This document shows, in pieces, positions 1 to 11,171 of a stretch of DNA of 32,000 nucleotides. Under the pieces are notes generated by a model that ran no database searches, was not told the DNA's origin, and worked only from the letters and a program-made list of their open reading frames with translations. The position numbers were made by a program, and so were the translations under genes. The DNA comes from Paramicrosporidium saccamoebae KSL3. Its lineage: Eukaryota > Fungi > Cryptomycota. How positions within the stretch are numbered: position 1 is the stretch's first letter; every line of letters starts with the position of its first letter. Where the stretch lies: the NCBI GenBank assembly GCA_002794465.1, contig MTSL01000105.1, positions 46,790 through 78,789 of the forward strand, read 5' to 3'.

Positions 1-194
1 ACTGCAACAAGCAGGGAATTGCCATCGGCAGCACTCGGTTCATGTTTGATGAGAAGCGACTAAATGCTGCTCAGACTGCCGAACAGGTAAATACTGGCTA
101 CATCCTGGCTAACTGTGCGATTTAGGCCGGTTTGGAAAACGACGATGTTATTGAAGCTTATCATGAGCAGGTTGGAGGGTTTGATTTGATCTAG
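1..194 (+). CDS. SMT3: SUMO (Smt3-like), 3' part only; exons <1..86 and 126..194
   Basis: Spliced translation is CNKQGIAIGSTRFMFDEKRLNAAQTAEQ|AGLENDDVIEAYHEQVGG-FDLI*. This matches the SUMO C-terminal half with diglycine and a short propeptide. The 39-nt intron 87..125 has GTAAAT, GCTAAC and TTTAG. Not in the ORF track. Confidence 0.9.
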
Positions 195-364
195 CCAGCA
201 TTGTGTATGTACAAGCTCCACGCAATGCATTTACTTAATAGGACCCAAAAATAAAATGTTAACTAAAGTCAAGGTCAGGGCCTCTTTCTGGCACGTTATT
301 TACTAACGTTGGGGTTGGAAGTAAGACCCCCTTTCTGCTCCATTTGATACTAACTCGGGCAAAG

Positions 365-626
365 ATGAATGGTCAAACAGGCTACAGCGGCTTCCATGCA
401 TGGCTGGGTAGAACATTGCGAATCACTCTCACCGACTCGCGAGTATTTCAGGGACAGTTTGTCGCCATCGATAACAAGTCTAACGTCTTGCTGAGATATA
501 GCGAAGCTTTAGAGGGTTTGCAGCATCGTTGTATTTTTACTCACTATAGTTACTGGCCACAAGTTTTTTGGAACCGTCAACATTCCCCGTCAATTCCTGA
601 AAAAAATCGAGCTGCGTGTAGCCTAA
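365..626 (+). CDS. Small LSm/Sm-fold protein, most like NatC auxiliary subunit Mak31/Naa38; join(365..515,550..626), about 75 aa
   Basis: Sm1 motif LGRTLRITLTDSRVFQGQFVAIDNKSNVLL. After a 34-nt intron (516..549, branch TACTCAC) comes the Sm2 motif HKFFGTVNIPRQFLKKIEL*. The specific paralogue is inferred from size and memory of the family. Confidence 0.72.
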
Positions 627-644
627 AACTCCTCACTAGGTCCT

Positions 645-1657
645 CTATCTGTCCGCTCTCTCGGCCATCGTTACTATCTGCCTTGCTTGCAGTACAACTA
701 CGGCGTTTGAGTTGTAATAAATTGTTACCTGGAAGATCTATGACGATTCCCTCAAATTCAAACGCTCCCTTGCCATGCAAGCAATGCTCGTCGTAGGCCC
801 TAATAATAAGCCTCGCTTTCTGGATCGCTTCCTCGGTTGGAGAAAAGGTCTTGTTCACCAGGTCAATTTGGCCCGGATGAATGACTTGTTTTCCTGTAAA
901 ACCAAAGAGGTGCCCCTCATTCGCTTCCAATTCCAGAGTTTTCATATTCCTGAAATCAATGCAAACCATATCAATCGCATCCATCCCAAATGCTTTGGCT
1001 AGAAGGTTAGATAGCAAGCACTAAGGAACCATGCGTGACAATCTTGGATCGTGCATATAAGATTTCGCTTCTTGTCTCCGTTCGTATTATCCCAGCAGAA
1101 GCGCAGTAATCCTCACACCCAAACTATCAAATCACTCTCACCATAGCTGCTATACCAAAAGTCCAACAGTGCGCTGACTTGTTTTGCAAATACTTTTCAA
1201 GTTAACCAAGGACGTCGGGCTCTCGATACATAAAAGTGCCTTGGTGTCAGTCCCCTCCAACGTCTTTTCTGCCTTCAGTACATCTTCCGGAGTATCAATC
1301 TTGGGAAACACAATAGAGCCAAATTGGCTTAAAACATCTTGAAGGGACGCGACATCCTTTTCAAAAAGACCTACAAATTCCAAGAGCCAAATTGCAGGAT
1401 GGACCTGATTGTAGACTATTCACTCGCAAAGAAATCTCACGACCATCAGTCTTTTTGTGAGCCTGCATGAAATCGCGGATTGTTGTTCGTGCCATCTCTT
1501 TAAAGGATAATGGAACTCCGTCCTCTAGATCCAAAACTACACAATCTGCGCTAGAGGATAGGGATTTTAGTATTTTCCGTGAGTCATGGCCGGGAACTGT
1601 AGTCGTAAAGTCTTATCAAGGTCAAGTACCATTCAATAAAGTTCTCCTCAGAACCAT
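645..1657 (-). CDS. CLYBL: Citrate lyase beta-like (CitE/CLYBL, HpcH/HpaI family) C-C lyase, multi-exon
   Basis: Reconstructed motifs: MVLRRTLLN|VPGHDSRKI, DCVVLDLEDGVP, IVFPKIDT, CIESP, AKAFGMDAIDMV, FGFTGKQVIHPGQI and IDLP|VVLQARQIV. About four to five introns of 30-35 nt (last one 698..728). Confidence 0.9.
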
Positions 1658-1696
1658 TACTTCGGCCTTTTGAAATATAAAAGAACATTTAATGTC

Positions 1697-3168
1697 TCAA
1701 TTAATTGTAGCTCCATTCTTATTTATCTTGTAGATACATAGATATGCAGTGTGCCAGTCTCCTCCTCCGTCCAGTTTCTTTATTTCATCCTCTGTAACAA
1801 ACGACACTTTATCGTCGTCGTATTTCCACCAGAGCCCATGGTCATTGTCCTTTGTCCATGAAATATAATGCCCCGAGTCGGCTGATCTTCCAATATGTGT
1901 AATGACACTCACAAGCTCATACTGCCCTTGACTCTCGACACCCTCTGCCCTTAACTTTGACAGGTCAAGGCTCATGGGAAATTTAACTTTCTAAATACAT
2001 GTCAGCTTGCATAGTGATTGCACCTTTAAAATTTTGGCTTTAACTTGCTCTTTGGGCTTCCAGAAGAAACGCAAAAAGTTCACTGTGAGATATTCAGGAA
2101 AGTCGGAAATTTTGGATGTTTTCAGAAAATCGACATTTTTCCCTGCAAGATCCGAATGTTTTGAAATTGTTTCTGTTAGGCCGGCTTGGATGCCCCCGAC
2201 GAGCTCAACGGTCTCTAAGTCTTAAACCGGCCTTCTGGAAGGTTTACCTTGGCCAATATGGCAGCTCAACTTGATAAAACTCTCCTCTAGATTTAATTTC
2301 TCCCCAGTCTCATCACACGTCAATCTACAAAAGTCAAATACGCAGGAATAAACGATTACGTAGACTGAAGCCGTCCTGTAAACAGATCTGATGAAGAAGG
2401 CAAAACAGAAAACAGCTCATGCAATATAAGGGACCAGCACTCTTCGGCATCCTGTTGGCATGGGATACCCTGCTCGTTGCGTTGTGCAAAGTGAGGAAAT
2501 CGAGTATGAAGATTCTGGATGTGAATAAATTTCATGAAAAAGTACCCCGACTACAGATATTGGAATGACACTCGGAGGCTTCTTGTCGAGTTCACGAAAC
2601 AAGTCGGCAATGGACCGAACTAGTGTAGAGGACTTTAGTCGCTCCTGTTCAGTCTTGAGTAGGGACTGGATAGTCGCAAGCCCCCTTAGGGACTGAAGAG
2701 ATGCATTCAAATAGCACGTGTTTCCAAGATTAGCAAGTCCAGCGGGCTAAGTTGTCAGTGGGCAAGAACTATCTGTACCTCATTGCGAATGTTTGCATCG
2801 GCAACACTAAGAATTTCACTGGAATTTCCATTAGTCGTCGATGGAATGTCTGTTTTCGGAATGGCAGCACTCGGTGTACCCATTAATAAAATAACATCGC
2901 CATCTAATACACCGATTTGGCCAAAGCGGTCTTCATCCTGAACATGAAGGGAGATTCATGGATATTTACCTTGAGCAACTTGCCCTTATACAATAGTTTT
3001 TGATTAGCGGCTTCGACTCCTGTCTTTTGGACGAGCTCCAGCTTCAAATCTTGAACAGTTTCTTGGCACGTCTTGCTTACTTTCCCAACAGAGCTTCCGC
3101 GCCATTTTATCTCAACTACATTAAGATGTCTAAGACGGGGTGTTATGGCGCTAGGTACCGTTTGGCAT
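1697..3168 (-). CDS. UBP6: Proteasome-associated deubiquitinase Ubp6/USP14 (Ubl + USP domains), multi-exon
   Basis: N-terminal Ubl MPN|VEIKW...QKLLYKGKLLK (intron 3116..3158). Cys box PAGLANLGNTCYLNASLQ. His box THIGRSADSGHY and C-terminal KLDGGGDWHTAY. Confidence 0.92.
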
Positions 3169-3206
3169 AATTAAAATAAATTACAATAATCGTTTCTGTT
3201 CATATT

Positions 3207-4376
3207 TTACGAGCGAATCCGTATGGCAACTAGGTATGATCGGAGTGCATTTAAGCCTTGTTCCAGTTCAAGAATCTGACGGGCTTGAGACATCCAATCC
3301 TTTAGCGCCACTCTAGACCATCCTTCGATCTCGTTAACAGCCATAAGGGCTCCCGCCAGATCGCCCTGTTGTAAGTATATTTCTGCAGCTGATAGCTGAT
3401 CAGCTACCGTCATTCGGATTTTGGATGGACCTGTTAGTAACGACGCAAGGGAATCATAGAGCCTGGAGAGAGAGGGGAACAAATGAACCAGACTAGATCC
3501 AGTAAAGTCTGCATAATATTCGGCAAGAGGTCTGAGATGGCACATTTCATCGACAAAGGCTTTCTTGTCCAGTCCTTCTTCCGGGATATTTTTTACTGTC
3601 GTCAACAGAGAACCACAAATGGCTCTGGTAAAGTCTGCCTCTGATCGCTCCATTATCGCTATGAGGCTTGATTCTAAGATGCGCTTTTCATGTAGAAGAG
3701 AATCTCTGGAAACTAATCCAATGCATTCAACGACATTGGACAGTCTATCCGAAAGCAAAGCTTCACGGTACTTTTTCAACAGTTCTGAGGTACGAGTGTC
3801 AATATCTTCGATTCTTAACGCGAGCTCCCGTTGTCGCTGAAGCCGAGTCTGTCTTTCAGTATCAACCACTCGCTCAATTTCTGCTGCATAACGAATTTCC
3901 TGCTCCATTTTAAATGCAGCCATAGCCCGATCAAGTTCTTCCTGGCGAGCAACTTCTTTGACATAATTTTCCTCTTGCTCCTTTTGATACTTTCCCCTCC
4001 ATACATCGAGCTCGGTAGTGTATTTTTCGTGAAGCTCCTTTAATTGCAAGATATTTCTGGCCTCTAGGTCTGCAGCCATCGCCGACATTGTCGACAAAAG
4101 AATTTCACGCTCCTTAATGAGAACTTCTAAACTCCCACTTGGACTCTGGTCTGCAGCGCTAGATTTGAACGAATTTCGTAATTTCTGCACAGCACTATGA
4201 CTGGCTGATTGCAATTTTTGATATACTTGGACACCTTGAGCATAGCCGGGCACATACGCCTCAAACAGATTCCGCCTATCATCATCTTTGGACCCGTACA
4301 CTACAGCACCAGTGTACCCACCACCGACGGCCACAGCGGACGCCAGTGTCAGCTTTTTTAATGCGACCAAAGCCAT
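3207..4376 (-). CDS. MIC60: MICOS subunit Mic60 (mitofilin), short form of about 389 aa
   Basis: N-terminal TM-like segment (LASAVAVGGGYTGAVVYG), central coiled coil, and C-terminal mitofilin-like domain (AEIYLQQGDLAGALMAVNEIEGWSRVALKDWMSQARQILELEQGL). The 5' end could extend through an unresolved upstream exon. Confidence 0.8.
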   Translation of the reverse strand: MALVALKKLTLASAVAVGGGYTGAVVYGSKDDDRRNLFEAYVPGYAQGVQVYQKLQSASHSAVQKLRNSFKSSAADQSPSGSLEVLIKEREILLSTMSAMAADLEARNILQLKELHEKYTTELDVWRGKYQKEQEENYVKEVARQEELDRAMAAFKMEQEIRYAAEIERVVDTERQTRLQRQRELALRIEDIDTRTSELLKKYREALLSDRLSNVVECIGLVSRDSLLHEKRILESSLIAIMERSEADFTRAICGSLLTTVKNIPEEGLDKKAFVDEMCHLRPLAEYYADFTGSSLVHLFPSLSRLYDSLASLLTGPSKIRMTVADQLSAAEIYLQQGDLAGALMAVNEIEGWSRVALKDWMSQARQILELEQGLNALRSYLVAIRIRS

Positions 4377-4493
4377 TGGAGGTGGCTCCGGGGCCGCTCT
4401 TTTATTTATACACTAGAACTCATCGATACATATCTACTCGCCAGTGGCGATAAATCGTGTCAATTTTTCCATCAACGGTATTGTGCTAAAATA

Positions 4494-4691
4494 TTAGTTG
4501 CAGTTGGTGTAATATTCAATCCACAAAGTTCTTGTGCGCCAATTAATGTAACGTATATATAATTCTGGAGCAATAGTCTTTTTACTATGCTGTAAAATAT
4601 CAAGTAACTCACTAGTTTTCTTTAACGTGACTAGCGCCGATGAAGCCCGGACCAAAATCTCGGTCGCCCGATCAAAGCCAGACAGGGACAT
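4494..4691 (-). CDS. Hypothetical 65-aa protein (may be one exon of an unresolved gene)
   Basis: ATG-initiated ORF in a 565-nt gap of an otherwise tightly packed region. No recognisable motif. Confidence 0.25.
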   Translation of the reverse strand: MSLSGFDRATEILVRASSALVTLKKTSELLDILQHSKKTIAPELYIRYINWRTRTLWIEYYTNCN

Positions 4692-4941
4692 TTACTGTCA
4701 CCCGCTGGAGATTCATCATGTGCAGTCGCCGCCACTCTGACAGGGCTTTTTAATGATTATAATGCACCAATTTGAACGTAGATTTCATAATTGGTCATTA
4801 GAAGACGGGTTGCAACGAGGCCAGTGGAAAATTTATTCCTAGTGCAAATAATTCTAGTGCGACACATCTCAATATTTAATCTGCAAAATTGTTCAAACCA
4901 TTTTATTCAGACGATTAAATAAGTCCCCGATTTTTCTTGGC

Positions 4942-6522
<1,581 letters not shown>

Positions 6523-6660
6523 TGATGATGGGGCATTAATCATCAGTGGAGAGTGAATGGTAATTACTACCAGGGTTCGTCATCTCCGCTAATCTTACTA
6601 TTAGCTAGTTAAGTTCCTGGCGCATTTAAATTCAACATTCAGATTTGTGCTCTATATACA

Positions 6661-7853
6661 CTATAACCCGTCCCGCAAGTATCTGGGCGATATGGCACCC
6701 AATTTCGCAAGACACGTCTTTTGGCAATCTGGGGAGAGTTGCAATCTCAGCAATTTAAAAAATTCCGCTTTGTAGGCTAGATAATTTAGAGAGCCCTCGT
6801 TCTCCATATAATAGCAATAGGTCAACTTGTTTGGTTTTTCTTGAGAAATCAATCGATTTAGGACAGAGGGATCTGTGGTAGTAGAATTGAGCATTGTGCC
6901 TTTATCCGTTGTGCAAGTTTTTGAAAGGGCGCACTTATCGTTGCTATTTTTAAAAATTCTGAACCATCTTCGTCGTCGCACAATTTTGCTAAATGATTTG
7001 TGTGGACTCCATAAATTATTCCAACCAGACGAATACATCCAACCTTCCTCATCGGTTACGCCATCGATGATGTCAACTTTCCATTCTTCTTGCCAAGCAA
7101 GGCAGGGACTAAATAAGAACAAGAGTTCTGGTTTAGGCCTCCTCCCCCCTCTTTCAGACGTCCACGCGCTGCGGTCCGTCATCCCGAGAGCGCTCTTGGA
7201 GTACCGTGCATGTCCCAAAGTGTGGTTCTTGTGTTCATTCTCATAGACTTCTTCGAATCCCGTACTACGGCCGGCTTGGAGTGTTTCGGCCATCGTCTTG
7301 TACATTTTCCAGCTTTCTAATGCATCTGGATCCGGGTGCAATTCTAGGCAAAGCCGCGATCGCCCTTTTTTATACAAGACTACACGATAGGGTTGATTTT
7401 TATGCAGCCAGACCGATTCCTAGTAAAAATTGGCACGCCAAACCAAAAAATTACCTGTGAATTGGAGCGGTGCCAGGATGGCGGGGGAAAAAGTCGATAG
7501 TCGGGAATGGAAGACAGTGTGTACCAAAGTTTCATTTGGGCTGCAGTTTTCTTAATGTTCACACGCACAATCAGGGAGCTTTCATCTTGAATAGGCTCTG
7601 AGCCGTCGGCAACCGGGTCCGCTTGGGTGAGATTCTCAGAATTTGCCAAGTTGATCAGTATTGAGACGCATGCTCGGCATTCAGAGTTGAATTTTCCAAG
7701 TGCAGTCATCTGACCAATATTCACACTACTATTTGGGAGAATCTCCTCAGTCTCCTGCCTCCAGAACTCTTCTTGAGATTCTATCTCGCAATGCGGTGCG
7801 CTCGACACTTTAAAATGGCTTCCAGTATTGTTCCAAACGAAAAATCCAATCAT
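6661..7853 (-). CDS. DysF (dysferlin/Pex24p-type) domain protein with an unrecognised N-terminal region; join(7455..7853,6661..7419), about 385 aa
   Basis: A 35-nt intron (7420..7454, GTAATT...CTAG) joins the two track ORFs in frame. DysF signature: EEVYENE...DRSAWT...W..EWKVD...DEEGWMY...W...VRRRRWFR. Confidence 0.7.
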
Positions 7854-7945
7854 GCGCACTAAAGAGTATCTTAATAATAGTAATAAATCAGTTAAGAATG
7901 CAACAAATAAACGTGGACGCCCATAGTCTATGAAAAGTTCTAAAT

Positions 7946-8846
7946 TTATAAAGCCTGTCTCTTTCTAGCGGTATTCATGAACGGCTTTAATACCCATTCC
8001 ACATCTGCTTCAGTGACATCAACAGTCCCAAGTTTGACTTGGAACAGCCTCATCTCAAAACGTGGCCCAACTTCTGTCAGCTCCACGTCCTGTTTGCCTG
8101 GAACGCTTTTATACGTATGGTGGCGGAAGGAAATAAAGTCACTTTGGTTTACAAAGGATATCGTCCTACGACTTTCATCTTTCGGCACGGGAAAAAGATA
8201 TTTGAGCATGGTTTGAGTCCTCGTGCCCAACCGTGTCGAGAATCCCGAAAAGATGAGATGCGGATAGGCTTCTGAAACTTTGCTCTCCATAGCTTCAGGG
8301 ATATCATGCCGCAATACAACATTATTCAAAGAGAAGAATGCAGTGGGGCCATAAGGGAAATGAGAAACGATGAGGCCGTCGGGAACGCCACGATGTTCAT
8401 GTAGAATAATGAGATCGGTGACTTCGTTTGCTTTGCAAGCAGACACGATTTCCGAAATGACGTGATTTCCACGATTGATTCGCTGGGAGTTTGGAAAGAC
8501 TAATCTCATTTCCTTGGCAAACTGCTGAAGCCGAGAACTCGGGTCACGAGAGGTAGTAATGAGGATTTTCGGATCTAATACACCAGCCTGCGCGTATTCA
8601 TCATCCATTCTATCTTGGGGACCTAGAGAATAAGATTAAGCGCTACTTTATACCGGAAAGACCCTCATCGTAGGCAAGTGCATTAGATAAACTGACTGCA
8701 TCCTTTCGCAGGTCCACTGGTATGGGTCTGTTAGATTCTAGCGCTTCTTTAAGCTGTAGTTTTTGATCATAGAGCTTCTTGTCGCGCTCCTCTAAAGACT
8801 TTCTGAAGAGATATTCTTTCCGAAGACGAGCCTCACGCCGCAGCAT
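7946..8846 (-). CDS. IMP4: U3 snoRNP Brix-domain protein Imp4; join(8654..8846,7946..8622), 289 aa
   Basis: [53 protein letters not shown] and [11 protein letters not shown]. The intron 8623..8653 is 31 nt. Confidence 0.97.
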
Positions 8847-8907
8847 CCTATACCCTGGCACCTGGGCGGTCACTGGCGTATCTCACGCGCTCCCTACAAT
8901 ATGTTTA

Positions 8908-10624
8908 TTAAGATCTAGAACGCAGGACTTTATAGCACATTTCATCTAACTCCCGAGCACTGCGACACTTTTTGAAATTCTCAATAGCCTCTTCATTTGA
9001 GGCCAGGAGCCGGGATGCTCTCCATCGGAAAATCTACAAAAATCTGCATATCGGCAAAAGGCCTGTACCTCGTCTCTACTAATACGGTAGTCTTCTTCAA
9101 TTCCTGCCTCAGGATCAAGTTGCTCCATCAAGGGGGAGAAGAATTCGACAATTTCAGGCCTAAATATATAGGTATGATTGTTGGCTTACCGAGCAGCCGC
9201 GGTCATATCTTCCGAGTGATTCCACAGGCGGGTCAATTCTAAGCTTCCGAGACTATCTTGATTGAATATTTCTCTCAAATCCTAAATATTAAAGCCAGAC
9301 AGATTGCCGCAAACATAAAATATTGCACCACTATCTTGTGACAAAAACGTTGGAACGGGCTCTTTCTCAAACGAAGGACATGAGCGAGCCTTCCACGTCA
9401 TCTAAGAGTCAATATGAAAAAACTGGCGAGCTTACCCAATTCTTTTCTTCTTTCAGGATCCATCTCACCAGTTTAGGTATTGACGTTTCGGAACATTGGG
9501 TCGATATATGAGAGACTAATCTTCTGTTAAAATCATTAATCCAAGATTCCTACAGTCTTAACGGGATGAAATGCACCTTGTACCTGTTCGAGATTGATCA
9601 AGCTCACTGATAGACCTTTTGCGTGGGGCGGCTTGTGCTCAGATTTTGAGGAATAAGAGAGCAAATGTAGGAGAAATATAGAGGTTTGGATAAGAATAAC
9701 TTCTCTCCACTTGGGATCAGCAATTTGCAATTTGAATAGCTGTTTGGCAGACAAATATTTGGGATACAAGTCGCCATCTAGCGCTTCTGCTCTCCGCAGC
9801 ATCCGGGTTTGCTCGAAAATGGATAGCATCCCTTCGAGACTCTAAATATGTCAGTAGCATCGGCAAGTAATACATGTTTAACGTGCGTCCAGTTATCAAC
9901 CATGAGTGCTTGAACTGGATGGTACATGAAGAACTGAATCTTCCAGAAGGTGCGATATATAGCATCCTGTGGGTCTGATTCGGCACAGTCTTCAATGGTT
10001 GTCGTGTTTTCCACATTTATATCTCCCCGAAGATTCACACCAGAACGTTCTCCCGAAGGGAATACTTTGGAGATGTACAAAAGCACCCTCCCGCATAAAG
10101 TTGCGTTCTGTGATTTTGAAAGACGACGAACTATTTCATTGCATAATCGAAGGAGCACTAGTCCCTTTCCTTTACTGGAGGAGATATTCTATATTCATGA
10201 GACTTTGTCTTAGGTGTACCTCTGTGAGCTCTGCACTTTGAATCTCTAGGTAGGTAAAAACGCTTTCCATTTCCCAGACTGGCAAGTACTCTGCCCAATC
10301 TTCAAGCAGCAGAAATGTCAAAGCCTGCTCTGCGGCCTCTTCGGATAAGGGGCAAGATAAATGGTTACCAATTCTTATAGCGTAGTTGGACAGGTCTAAT
10401 AGACGAAAGACCGAATCGGTACAGTTCAGGCAAGCCAAAACCTTGCGAAACGCGACCTCGACTTGAGGCTTTACGAGCTCGGGATCCTGGGCCTTTAGAA
10501 ACCCCTCAATCTGTGGATAGATGGAAGTAGCAACATTGCATGAGGACGCACCAGCCTATAACTTAGAGGTTACGTTGCCGATTACTAATAGGAGGTCGTA
10601 GAGCTGCGGGATAATCACAACCAT
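8908..10624 (-). CDS. THOC1: THO complex subunit 1 (THOC1/Hpr1/p84), multi-exon; start codon uncertain
   Basis: [74 protein letters not shown] and [11 protein letters not shown]. The spliced C-terminus is [10 protein letters not shown]...RSRS* (stop at 8908). The first exon is tentative. Confidence 0.85.
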
Positions 10625-10662
10625 GGTTTACAATTGGATCCCTGGAGAAACTTGCCGGCCTA

Positions 10663-11086
10663 ATGCTCACGACTCTCCAGGTCCGTGGTAGTTTGCCAAT
10701 ACTTACATGGTAGGTTACCCCAGAAGCCATACAGAGCCTTCTACGCAGACGCGAATGTGTGGTGGTAACAGAAAAGGAAGTAATGGAAACCAAAGCCGAG
10801 AAAACATTTGACGACCTGCAGTCGGACCTTTTATCTATTGATGAGAAGATTTCACAGTAGGCTGACTGGCTTTGTTTTGTACTTTTAGAGCAGCTATTAC
10901 TGCCTTTGACAGATCAAACTGTAAACAACTGAGCCTGGACCTTATGAGCTGCTATGAGTATGTTGGGAGATGATTTCCATAAGTCGTAGTTATAACCGCG
11001 ATAGACCTCTGGAATGCCAGGAAATTGCTACAAAGTTTCAAGCATGTGTCAGCGATTTAGCCAAGGTACACTCCATTACATCTTAG
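10663..11086 (+). CDS. Twin-CX9C (CHCH) protein, Mic19/CHCHD3-like; join(10663..10680,10714..10856,10889..10957,10990..11086), 108 aa
   Basis: Three introns of 33, 32 and 32 nt (GTCCGT, GTAGGC and GTATGT donors; all end TAG) give one open frame. It ends NCKQLSLDLMSCYDYNRDRPLECQEIATKFQACVSDLAK, which is C-x9-C-x10-C-x9-C. Not in the ORF track. First exon and last few codons are less certain. Confidence 0.72.
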
Positions 11087-11171
11087 TAGATCGCCATTAG
11101 TATTCGCTAGCCAAATAAGGCGTTTTGTGTCTATTTTAAATCGATTAATTTCATATTTTCCAAATTTGCTC

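Noticed and set aside
7377-7382. Stop codon between two adjacent minus ORFs, suggesting readthrough, recoding or a pseudogene
   Set aside because: A canonical 35-nt intron at 7420..7454 shifts the frame and joins them into one uninterrupted CDS.
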